DNA from: Candidatus Latescibacterota bacterium
GTDB taxonomy: Bacteria > Latescibacterota > UBA2968
Direction of reading: 5' to 3'
Assembly (NCBI GenBank): GCA_965208125.1
Contig: OZ242320.1
Coordinates: 3,616,001-3,680,000 of the forward strand
Length of the DNA: 64,000 nucleotides
Below, in pieces: positions 1 to 8,264 of this stretch (position 1 is the stretch's first letter; each line of letters begins with the position of its first letter). The position numbers and the translations under genes are program-made. The notes under the pieces were generated by a model that saw only the letters and a program-made list of their open reading frames with translations, ran no database searches and was not told the DNA's origin.

Positions 1-149
1 TACATCCCGATCAAATAGGTGCGGGAAAGATGGCAAAAGCTATTGCCGAAATGCTCGAACGTTCTGTGTCCGAACACGATCTATCCATAGATGGTGCCGA
101 GCAAACGCGAAAGTTCATAGAGCAGCAGTTAGCAAAACAGAAAAAATGA
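1..149 (+). CDS. 3' end of a probable glycosyltransferase (COG4671/GT28-C-like), truncated by window edge
   Basis: Frame from base 3 reads HPDQIGAGKMAKAIAEMLERSVSEHDLSIDGAEQTRKFIEQQLAKQKK* (TGA 147-149). The 'HPDQ...DGAEQT' ending resembles GT-B C-termini. Stops 8 nt before the next ATG. Not in the ORF track. Confidence 0.55.
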   Translation, partial: HPDQIGAGKMAKAIAEMLERSVSEHDLSIDGAEQTRKFIEQQLAKQKK

Positions 150-157
150 GGTAAAAA

Positions 158-1561
158 ATGAAAATTTACGTGCCACACCCATATTGCGACCGCGAGAAAG
201 TGATAGCGTCAAATAGTGGGGCGTCTCTATCAGGTTTTAACCATGTGCTGGCGTTATCGAAGTATTGCGAGGTGTATATGCCAGCGTCTGAAGCGGTGGA
301 TTATGGTCCGAATTTGCACGGTATTCGACTCGCATTTGAGACGATTGATTCGTCTCGCCAGTGGTTTGCGCGGCAGGGATTTGACGGGGTGCTGATGTTT
401 GAACCCAAAGCAGATGACCTGGCATTTTTTCGCCATGTGTGTCCCGCACCCATTGTGATTCGGCTGTCGTGTTCTTTTGGGCGCAATCGCGATTTTGTCG
501 ATAAAGTGCTTCAATGTTATTCGCTGTTGCGGCCTTATGATGCCTTGTCGCCCAAGTCGGCGTATGTCGCTGACGAAGTGGGCAAGTTGGTGTTTGACAA
601 GTCGTATTTGCGTCCGATTACCAATGGGGTAGATGCCGAGGTGTTCAAACCGATGGATAAGTTGCAAGCGCGCAAAGAGGTCGTGGATAAGACAGGTGAT
701 CAACGCTTTTTGGAGATGCCTGTGGTGGGTTTTTGCGGGCGGTTTGAACCGGGCAAGGGCGCGTATTCATTTTTGCGAATGGCCGATCTGAATCCCAATG
801 TGTTGTTTACAGTGATTGGCAAGCAGTTCGCTCCCGTGACGCATCCTCCCAATGTGATCTTTTTGGGCGCGCAACCCTATACGGATATGCCGCTGTATTA
901 CAATATGCTGGATGTGTTGTGCGCGTTGTCGGTGTATTCGTATGAGTCGTGTCCCTCAACTGTGATAGAGGGCATGGCGTGTGGTCTTCCGGTTGTGGCG
1001 ACAAATTTTGCGGGTGCGCCAGAGTTGTTGGGCAGTTGTGGGCAGTTGATAGAGATTGAGCGATTTGAAGATGAGCCATTGAATGTGACGGGTTATATCG
1101 ATCCTGAGGTGATTTCAGATGCTGTGCGCGGTTTGTTGAATAGCAAAACGGAGCGGGAGAAATTGGGTGAGTGTGCTCGCAAACGCGCACTCGAATTTTC
1201 CTGGGATTGTATGGCACAGCAGCACCTGGCATTGTTTGAAGATCTGCTGACCAAACGCGATACACCCGCGTGTCCGATTCCACTAACCGTGAGTTTTACA
1301 CAGGGTTGTGATATATCTGGTGTGCCGAAGAGTGTGTCTAAGGGGTTTAACTATTTGGGCAGCAGGCAAGGCCCATTGCCGCGTATCCCGTTTTTGGGGC
1401 AGGATATGTCCCTTATTGAGGGTCTGGGCCTTCACTTGATGCAACATTTACATCCAAACGAAGTCGAAGCCGTCCTGTTGGGATTATGTGAAACGCGCGC
1501 TACAGCCTACAAAACGCTTCGCAAAATCCGACGCTTCAGCGATATGCTCACTGCTCCCTGA
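158..1561 (+). CDS. GT4 (GT-B) glycosyltransferase with ~100-aa C-terminal extension
   Basis: Motifs ITNGVD, VGFCGRFEPGKG, E-x7-E (ESCPSTVIEGMACGLPVVAT) and FSWD. GAGG RBS upstream. Confidence 0.9.
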   Translation: MKIYVPHPYCDREKVIASNSGASLSGFNHVLALSKYCEVYMPASEAVDYGPNLHGIRLAFETIDSSRQWFARQGFDGVLMFEPKADDLAFFRHVCPAPIVIRLSCSFGRNRDFVDKVLQCYSLLRPYDALSPKSAYVADEVGKLVFDKSYLRPITNGVDAEVFKPMDKLQARKEVVDKTGDQRFLEMPVVGFCGRFEPGKGAYSFLRMADLNPNVLFTVIGKQFAPVTHPPNVIFLGAQPYTDMPLYYNMLDVLCALSVYSYESCPSTVIEGMACGLPVVATNFAGAPELLGSCGQLIEIERFEDEPLNVTGYIDPEVISDAVRGLLNSKTEREKLGECARKRALEFSWDCMAQQHLALFEDLLTKRDTPACPIPLTVSFTQGCDISGVPKSVSKGFNYLGSRQGPLPRIPFLGQDMSLIEGLGLHLMQHLHPNEVEAVLLGLCETRATAYKTLRKIRRFSDMLTAP

Positions 1562-2077
1562 TGGATAGAAGGATACAGCTTGCGCTGAGGTAGTGAAGAA
1601 AGGAGGTGATAGAGATGAAGAGACGAGTTATATCAAATCCCGAGCAATCGGTCGCTGATGTGACCCCTCTACCGATTAAAACGAGTGATCTGGACGCGTA
1701 TCAAATTGCTCATATATCTGGTGGATCTATATTGGATGTCATCGGTGATTATATCAGTGAGGAATTGGGTATAGACGTACCAGATTTAGATGTTCATCCA
1801 TGGTCCTGGTAAGTTTTTGGTAGAGTGAATATTGGGCTTCCTGATAGTAATCGCGCTACACCTGCAAAAATCGACACTTCAGCGACACGCTCACGGCTTC
1901 TTGCGTCCCCAACAAGGGATGCTATTTGCACTGCGCTGAGGTGGTAAAGAAAGGAGGTGAGGAAGAATGGCGAGACGAATCATATCAAATCCTGAGCAAT
2001 CGGCTTCCTGTGTGACCGATCTACCGCTTGAAACGACGGATCTGAACGTGCATAAATTTTCTCAGGTCTCTGGTGGA
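1521..2077 (+). repeat. Degenerate direct repeat (1521-1725 vs 1864-2077): GT 3' end + RBS + leader of precursors 1/2
   Basis: gcaaaatccgacgcttcagcgatatgctcactgct vs gcaaaaatcgacacttcagcgacacgctcacggct; tgcgctgaggtagtgaagaaaggaggtga vs tgcgctgaggtggtaaagaaaggaggtga; the leader codons are then similar. Confidence 0.85.
1615..1812 (+). CDS. RiPP precursor peptide 1 (37-aa GG leader + 28-aa acidic core ending HPWSW)
   Basis: AGGAGGT RBS at 1601-1607, ATG 1615. Leader has L(-12), I(-7), I(-4), GG. Paralogous to the next ORF and upstream of a C39 transporter. Confidence 0.85.
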   Translation: MKRRVISNPEQSVADVTPLPIKTSDLDAYQIAHISGGSILDVIGDYISEELGIDVPDLDVHPWSW

Positions 2078-2182
2078 TGTTACCCGACCCCGGAGGAAGA
2101 GTTCAGTGAAGAATATGACCCAACACTGGAAGGTATTTTGGATGATGTTGACCCCTTTTACCCCTGGTCCTGGCCAATGTAA
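1967..2182 (+). CDS. RiPP precursor peptide 2 (37-aa GG leader + 34-aa acidic core ending YPWSWPM)
   Basis: AGGAGGT RBS. Leader RRIISNPEQS...LNVHKFSQVSGG aligns without gaps to precursor 1. Confidence 0.85.
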   Translation: MARRIISNPEQSASCVTDLPLETTDLNVHKFSQVSGGCYPTPEEEFSEEYDPTLEGILDDVDPFYPWSWPM

Positions 2183-2328
2183 TTCAGAACCCGGTAAGTA
2201 TTTGGCTCAGTGGAACCTGTTGGTCATTTGTTGTAAATCTCTAATTTTTATTTTTCAAGTACTAAAAAACCAGCTTTATTCTACAAAGTACTTGATAAAT
2301 TTTACAATTCATTTATTCGGAGGATATC

Positions 2329-2637
2329 ATGTCTGCTGTCGCATTAAATAATCGCGTGACTTCAGATTCAGACGCTATTTTTGCGTCTTGCACATCACTG
2401 CCCATCCAGCAAACAACGCTCAATTGTGAAAAAATGGCAGGTATTGATGGTTTATGCCTGTGGGGGACAGTTTTTGGTGAAGTGCACGAGCTTATTTCTG
2501 AATGGGAAGATCAGTTGGAAGATGTTAATACTGTAGCTTCGCTATATTATTATGGCGGTGTTGTTGTTTTGTCTGCCGACCCTCCTGAGCCTGGGGTTGA
2601 GTATCCCCTAATAATACCTAATAAGAAGCTGTTTTGA
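2329..2637 (+). CDS. RiPP precursor peptide 3 (42-aa leader ending GL + 60-aa core)
   Basis: GGAGG RBS. Leader is closely similar to precursor 4 and aligns ungapped to precursors 1/2 (T-x-LPI...L-N...A-x-I-x-G). Confidence 0.8.
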   Translation: MSAVALNNRVTSDSDAIFASCTSLPIQQTTLNCEKMAGIDGLCLWGTVFGEVHELISEWEDQLEDVNTVASLYYYGGVVVLSADPPEPGVEYPLIIPNKKLF

Positions 2638-2747
2638 AATTATTGGGACCTATCCCTTTACTCCTATCCGCGTCAATTTAAGGGGTAAATCACTGTCACT
2701 CCTGCACATGTGGTATCACAATTCCTTTCATTTACCCGGAGGCTATC

Positions 2748-3011
2748 ATGTCCCCTATTGCATCAAATAATCGCTTGACTACGTATTCAGATGCCGCTTT
2801 CGCCTCTTGCACGGCACTATCTATCCATCAAACAACGCTCGACATTGAAGAAATGGCAGGTATTAATGGATTGTGTCATTCTGAGCAAGAAGAAGAAGAG
2901 AATTCTGCAATCCCGACACCACCCAGTCAAGCGGTCATTATGTATTACATATTGAAAGCTAAGAGGCGAATGGAAACCCCCGTGATTTACTGTTCCTATT
3001 CTATTTGGTAA
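2748..3011 (+). CDS. RiPP precursor peptide 4 (42-aa leader ending GL + 45-aa core)
   Basis: GGAGG RBS. Leader NNRLTTYSDAAFASCTALSIHQTTLDIEEMAGINGL is conserved with precursor 3; the core is unrelated. Confidence 0.8.
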   Translation: MSPIASNNRLTTYSDAAFASCTALSIHQTTLDIEEMAGINGLCHSEQEEEENSAIPTPPSQAVIMYYILKAKRRMETPVIYCSYSIW

Positions 3012-3032
3012 GGTGCATCAACCCGTTATTTC

Positions 3033-3064
3033 TGTGGCTACGCCGTGGGCATGGCGTAGCCACA
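3033..3064 (+). promoter_or_regulatory. Stem-loop between precursor array and transporter (attenuator or mRNA stabiliser)
   Basis: Perfect 12-bp stem tgtggctacgcc/ggcgtagccaca with no U-tract. Confidence 0.6.
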
Positions 3065-3083
3065 CCACATAATGGATTGAAAA

Positions 3084-6000
3084 ATGAATCTTTCCCACTT
3101 TTTCTTAAAAAACTCGGTGTGGACGCAGTCTGTTCATTTTCCCTTTGGAGGTGTTGTTTTTCAACAGGGGCAAGCGGGTGAGGCGTTTTATATTGTGGAG
3201 TCTGGACGGTTGCGGGTGATTAAGCAGGATGCGAATGGTACTTCGACAACTGTGGGATATTTGTATGCGGGCGATCATTTTGGTGAAGGGGCACTGTTGA
3301 CCAGGCAGGGGCATCGGGCAACGGTGCGAGCGGTTGAGGATGCGGAGGTGTTGCAGGTGCCCAAGGATGAGTTTTTTAAGGCTGTGAGAAAAAGTTCTGA
3401 TGTACGAGCCTACCTCGAAGAGCAGGTTGCCTGTATTGCATATCGGGATTTTACGCGATTTTTGAAAGGAGATGTTCCGGGCGAGGCGATGCGGGTGTTG
3501 TTCGCGCGGTTGAAGCGCGAGGCAGCTGAGGAGGGTGTGACCGTTGTTGAGCGAGGTCAGTTGGGTCAGCGATTTTATTTGCTTGGTAGCGGTCAGTTGG
3601 AGGCTGTGTTAGAAAATGGTGATACGGTGATTCTACGCCCGGGTGATTATTTTGGCGATGGTAGAGATGATGAAACGATCATTCGCAGTCGGCGTGATGG
3701 TGTACTCTTTTATATAGATAAAAGCAATTTTAATAAGCTAAAAGCTATGATGCCGGGATTCGAGGAGGCGTTGGATAAAGGCTGCATATTGCGTGGAGAA
3801 GAGGGATCAAGAGGGGAATTGCGACCTGTGCTTGAGCCGCCTGTTGTGCGATCTGTTACCCAAAAAGATACAGAGCCTAATACAGCATCCAATGTGGTTA
3901 ATATCAGAATAGACGGTGAAAAACCACAAGTACCTACATTGTTGCGTTTTCCGTTTTTGAAGCAACACGATCAATCAGATTGCGGCGCGGCGTGTTTAGG
4001 CATGATCTGTAAGTATTACAAGATGCCTATTGGATTAAACAGGTTGCGCGATATGTCCAATGTGTCGCGGTATGGCACGTCAATGGCGGCATTGGCCGAG
4101 GCTGCGGAGACACTGGGCTTTGTCACGCGCGGTGTGCGAACGGGTTATGAAGCTCTGATGCGAACAGAATTGCCAGCTATTCTCCACTGGGAAGGCAATC
4201 ATTTTGTGGTCCTGTATCAGATGAATAAAAAGGAAGTGAACATAGCGGATCCAGGTGTGGGTATTCGCAAGCTGTCGCGGGCAGAGTTTGAAAAGGGTTG
4301 GACAAACATGGCGCTTTTGTTGGAATACACGGATCAGGTGGCAGAGAATGAACCCTCTCGGTCTTCTTTTAAGCGGTTTTTTCCATTAATCAGACCCTAT
4401 ACAAGCATTTTGATTGAGGTATTGTTGGCGTCTTTGGTACTCAGTTTGTTTGGTCTGGCATCACCCATTTTTATGCAGACGATTGTCGATCAGGTCTTAG
4501 TGCATCACGATGAGGATTTATTGAATTTGATGCTGGTGGGTATGGTCGTTGTCGCATTGTTCCAGATGGGTACATCGACGTTGCGTGTCTATTTAATCGG
4601 GTATGTGAGTGCGCGATTGAGCATTGCGATGTTGTCGCGTTTTTATCGGCATTTATTGGCACTATCCATGCGGTTTTTTGCCCTCAGGCGCACGGGCGAT
4701 TTGACCACGCGGTTTCGGGAGAATGCAACGATTCAGCGTTTGTTGACGGATACGACGGTTTCTGCGGTTCTGGATTTTATCATGCTTTTTGTCTATCTGG
4801 GTCTGATGTTTTATTACAATGCGGAACTGACGCTGGTCATGTTGATTTTTGTGCCGCTATCTGTGGGTCTCACGCTGATTTACACACCCATTTTGAAGTC
4901 TTTTAGCCAGCGTGCTTTTCTGGCGCGTGCCGAACAATCCTCGGTTTTAATTGATGCGCTGCACGGTATTGATGTGGTTAAAGCCGAGGCGGTGGAGCGC
5001 GCGACACGGTGGCATTGGGAAGGTAAGTTCACAAGGGAAATTCAGATTGGCTTTCAACGGTTAAAAATGCAGATGTTGTTTGGGGGGATGGGAAGGGTAA
5101 TTAATTTGCTGAGCAGTACGGTGATTTTGTGGTATGGTGCCTCATTAGTGATTGCGGGGGACCTGTCGGTTGGGCAGTTGATGGCGTTTAATGCGCTGAT
5201 TGGCAATGTGATGGGTCCCATTATGGGCTTGATCGGAATATGGCCTCAGGTGCAAGAAGCGCGTATTGCCCTGGATCGGCTGAATGATGTGTATGACACG
5301 CAGATGGAAGATGCGCGGCAGCAAGGTCAGGGTTTGATCTTAAAGCATTTGGTAGGGCGCGTGGTTTTTGATGCGGTGTTTTTTAGATATGGTGTTGGTT
5401 CTGATGAACCTTATGTGTTGAATAATATAGACCTGACGCTTGAGCCAGGTCAAAAGGTTGCAGTTGTGGGACGCAGTGGTGCGGGTAAGACGACGTTGGT
5501 CAAGCTGTTGCCCCGTTTGTTTGATCCGTCAGAAGGTCGGGTGATGATAGATGGTATGGATGTGCGAGATCTGGATCCCCATTGGTTACGGCGACAGGTG
5601 GGTATGGTGATGCAGGAGCCGTTTTTGTTTTCTGGCACGATTGCAGAAAATATCGCTATAGGTCAGTCAGATGCGGATATGGATCGCATTTTGGAAGTGG
5701 CGAAACTATCGTGTGTCCACGATTTCGTAAGTGATATGCCTTTGGGGTATGAGACAAAGGTGGGTGAGCAGGGCGTGGGGCTGTCTGGCGGACAGCGACA
5801 GCGGATTGCCATTGCCCGAGCACTTTACCATGATCCGAAAATTTTGATTTTTGACGAGGCGACCAATGCGTTGGATACAGATTCAGAACAGGCGATACAG
5901 GCGAATTTAGATCTGTTTTTGGATGATCGCACGGCGTTGATTATCGCGCATCGGTTGAGTACGGTGCGCGATGCGGATGCGATTGTGGTCTTAGATAAGG

Positions 6001-6092
6001 GTCATATTGTAGAGATGGGCACGCACGATGAGTTGATGGTGCAACAGGGTTTGTATTATCACATGTGTAGTCAACAGTTGCAGGTGGTGTGA
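3084..6092 (+). CDS. Peptidase-containing ABC transporter (2x cNMP-binding + C39 peptidase + TMD + NBD)
   Basis: cNMP motifs (FYIVESG...GDHFGEGALL; FYLLGSG...GDYFG). C39 motifs QHDQSDCGAAC, HWEGNHFVV, IADP. Walker A GRSGAGKT, signature LSGGQRQR, Walker B ILIFDEAT. Confidence 0.95.
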   Translation: MNLSHFFLKNSVWTQSVHFPFGGVVFQQGQAGEAFYIVESGRLRVIKQDANGTSTTVGYLYAGDHFGEGALLTRQGHRATVRAVEDAEVLQVPKDEFFKAVRKSSDVRAYLEEQVACIAYRDFTRFLKGDVPGEAMRVLFARLKREAAEEGVTVVERGQLGQRFYLLGSGQLEAVLENGDTVILRPGDYFGDGRDDETIIRSRRDGVLFYIDKSNFNKLKAMMPGFEEALDKGCILRGEEGSRGELRPVLEPPVVRSVTQKDTEPNTASNVVNIRIDGEKPQVPTLLRFPFLKQHDQSDCGAACLGMICKYYKMPIGLNRLRDMSNVSRYGTSMAALAEAAETLGFVTRGVRTGYEALMRTELPAILHWEGNHFVVLYQMNKKEVNIADPGVGIRKLSRAEFEKGWTNMALLLEYTDQVAENEPSRSSFKRFFPLIRPYTSILIEVLLASLVLSLFGLASPIFMQTIVDQVLVHHDEDLLNLMLVGMVVVALFQMGTSTLRVYLIGYVSARLSIAMLSRFYRHLLALSMRFFALRRTGDLTTRFRENATIQRLLTDTTVSAVLDFIMLFVYLGLMFYYNAELTLVMLIFVPLSVGLTLIYTPILKSFSQRAFLARAEQSSVLIDALHGIDVVKAEAVERATRWHWEGKFTREIQIGFQRLKMQMLFGGMGRVINLLSSTVILWYGASLVIAGDLSVGQLMAFNALIGNVMGPIMGLIGIWPQVQEARIALDRLNDVYDTQMEDARQQGQGLILKHLVGRVVFDAVFFRYGVGSDEPYVLNNIDLTLEPGQKVAVVGRSGAGKTTLVKLLPRLFDPSEGRVMIDGMDVRDLDPHWLRRQVGMVMQEPFLFSGTIAENIAIGQSDADMDRILEVAKLSCVHDFVSDMPLGYETKVGEQGVGLSGGQRQRIAIARALYHDPKILIFDEATNALDTDSEQAIQANLDLFLDDRTALIIAHRLSTVRDADAIVVLDKGHIVEMGTHDELMVQQGLYYHMCSQQLQVV

Positions 6093-7475
6093 ATGGCAGA
6101 ATCGCTTTTAGAGACACCAGCAGAGACAATGTCTCCAGGTATAATCCAGGGACAAGATGACGCGGCAGAAGAGGTGCATGCGTTTATGGGATCCTTGCGG
6201 CCCTTTTGGGGTCGTGCATTGCTCTATATTGTCCTGCTATTTGTAATTATTGCCATTATCTGGGCATGGTGGGGCAAGGTGGATGTGGTGGCATCAGCGC
6301 CTTTTCGGCTGGTGCCCCTCGGACAGGTGAAGACGATGCAGGCGCGGCGAGGTGGTGAGATTGAGTTGATTGGTGTGAAAGAGGGAGATCAAGTCGAGAA
6401 AGGGCAGGTATTGTTCAAGCTCAAATCGTGGGAGACCTGGGGAGAGTTGCGGGAATGGGAACAGGCAAAGATGGCTTTTCAAAAGGCAGAGTATGATCTC
6501 AAGACGGTGTTGTCTCAAAGGGCGAGGTTAAATCGAGAGACGATAGAGGCATTGGAGCAACGTCTTTCTGTTTTGCAGCAGTTTATGGAGGCACATCAGG
6601 ATGCGTTGGAAGATTATCAAAGCGATGTGGCCGGTGTTGAGGGATCGAAAAGCAAAGTATCTGACGTGGGGTTGCAAGCGCAGATCGGGTTTCGTCAGGC
6701 TGAAATTGATCATTTGAAGGGGGAGTTTTTGCAGCAAAAGACGCTGTTTGAGCGCGAGTTGATCAGCCGGGCGGATATGAATCGCGCGCGCGTGCAGTAT
6801 TTAAGTGCTCTGTCTGCGCTTCCCTCGCGTATGTCGGAGATATACAAGAATGAAATGGCTGTACAGGATCTCAAGCGTCAAATCACAGAGGCGCGCATTG
6901 CACATGGTCGCGAGACTTCGCAGATGCAATACGCTTATGAGACTGCACAATTGCGATTGGAACAGGCGCGCAAACGCATTGATCGGACCCTCGAAGCCGA
7001 GTCGGATTTGATTCTGGCACCTGAGTCGGGCGTTGTAACACAGGTGATAGTGAATGCGATTGGACAGGTGATCAACAAGGGGCAGGCTCTCATTGCACTG
7101 GCACCTGCTTCAGCACCGATGGTTGCAGAGGTGAGGGTTTTAAATAAAGATGTGGGCTTGCTCAAACTCGGGCAATTGGTCAAGCTGAAATACGATGCGT
7201 ATGCCTTTCAGGATTTTGGTATCAAACGCGGGTGGCTTACATCCATCTCGCCCGATGCGGTGATCGATGAACGTATTGGACCGATATTTAAGTGCGTTGT
7301 TGAATTGGAAGAAAATACCATGCGCGTGAAAGGATATGACAAACCTCTGATGTTTGGTATGAAGGGCACGGCGGAGATGATGACAGATCGGCAATCGGTT
7401 TTGCTGATATTACTTTCTCCTTTGCGACAGCTTTACGAGTCGGCGAGGTACGATGTTGAGGAGGGTGCGTTGTGA
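6093..7475 (+). CDS. HlyD-family membrane fusion protein (type I secretion)
   Basis: N-terminal TM helix, GVKEGDQVEKGQVL hairpin, long coiled coil, APESGVV, VKLKYDAY, GMKGTAE. Starts directly after the transporter stop. Confidence 0.93.
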   Translation: MAESLLETPAETMSPGIIQGQDDAAEEVHAFMGSLRPFWGRALLYIVLLFVIIAIIWAWWGKVDVVASAPFRLVPLGQVKTMQARRGGEIELIGVKEGDQVEKGQVLFKLKSWETWGELREWEQAKMAFQKAEYDLKTVLSQRARLNRETIEALEQRLSVLQQFMEAHQDALEDYQSDVAGVEGSKSKVSDVGLQAQIGFRQAEIDHLKGEFLQQKTLFERELISRADMNRARVQYLSALSALPSRMSEIYKNEMAVQDLKRQITEARIAHGRETSQMQYAYETAQLRLEQARKRIDRTLEAESDLILAPESGVVTQVIVNAIGQVINKGQALIALAPASAPMVAEVRVLNKDVGLLKLGQLVKLKYDAYAFQDFGIKRGWLTSISPDAVIDERIGPIFKCVVELEENTMRVKGYDKPLMFGMKGTAEMMTDRQSVLLILLSPLRQLYESARYDVEEGAL

Positions 7476-8251
7476 TGGTGGAGGATGCTATGTTGATTCA
7501 GGTCAATAGTATCGCAGTATCATTGCACCATATTGTGCGACAATTAGGAGTTGCCGATAATCTACGTTTTTTTGATGAATTTGCGCGTAGAGAATTGATC
7601 CGGCAACTCGCGCTACGTGAGGGTGTTTGTGCAGCGCGTGAAGATATTCAGCGTAAGGTGAATGAATGGCGGTATCAACATCGCCTCGAACGGGTGGAAG
7701 ATACAGAGGCTTATCTTGCAAAGCGGGGTATTACGCTTCAGGATGTGGCAGAAGATGCCGAGGTGAGGCGGCTGGAGTTTTTGCTGTCTGAGAAGATTGC
7801 CGAGGGACAGGTCGAACCCTATTTTGCACAACACACATTGGAATTTGATGAGGCGGAGATTTGCTGGATTTTTCACACGGATGAGGGTGTGATCGACGAG
7901 GTTGATTTGCAGATACGAGAAGATGGTGCAGATTTTTACGCGATGGCGCGTCGGTTTTCTCAAGATGCACACACGCGGCCAGGTAGTGGCTTTTTGGGTC
8001 GTGTGAGGCGCAAGCAGTTGCCAAAGGGGATTGCTGCACGCGTGTTTGCCGCTTCACCGGGTGAAATTTTGGGTCCAGAAAAAGTATCGAAAGGCTTTGC
8101 GCTGTATTTGTTGCAGGAACGCTATCCGGCAATGCTGGACGAGCGGATTAAAAAAGAAATTCGCAAGCACCTGTTTAATCAGTGGTTGCAACGAGAGATG
8201 CAGCGGGCAGATATACGATATCCGATTTGGCAGGCGAAAGTCTCTAAATAG
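7472..8251 (+). CDS. PpiC/parvulin-like peptidyl-prolyl isomerase-related peptide maturation protein
   Basis: DFYAMARRFSQD...SGFLGRVRRKQLP...GEILGP rotamase-like motif. GTGA overlap with HlyD. Confidence 0.85.
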   Translation: MMVEDAMLIQVNSIAVSLHHIVRQLGVADNLRFFDEFARRELIRQLALREGVCAAREDIQRKVNEWRYQHRLERVEDTEAYLAKRGITLQDVAEDAEVRRLEFLLSEKIAEGQVEPYFAQHTLEFDEAEICWIFHTDEGVIDEVDLQIREDGADFYAMARRFSQDAHTRPGSGFLGRVRRKQLPKGIAARVFAASPGEILGPEKVSKGFALYLLQERYPAMLDERIKKEIRKHLFNQWLQREMQRADIRYPIWQAKVSK

Positions 8252-8264
8252 AAGGAGAATATGG

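Noticed and set aside
2073-2351. 92-aa ORF overlapping precursors 2 and 3
   Set aside because: No RBS, it overlaps two well-supported ORFs and crosses an AT-rich spacer.
2545-2637. Internal YYYGG in precursor 3 as a second cleavage site
   Set aside because: It has an aromatic residue at -4 and no counterpart in precursor 4; too weak to call.
1521-3011. Possible CRISPR or ncRNA array (repeated blocks with variable spacers)
   Set aside because: The repeats are long, degenerate and protein-coding (RBS + leader), so they are better explained as duplicated precursor genes. No cas genes are present.
8031-8264. N-terminal extension of wecB in the ORF track
   Set aside because: It overlaps the PpiC-like gene; homology and the RBS indicate a GTG start at 8265.
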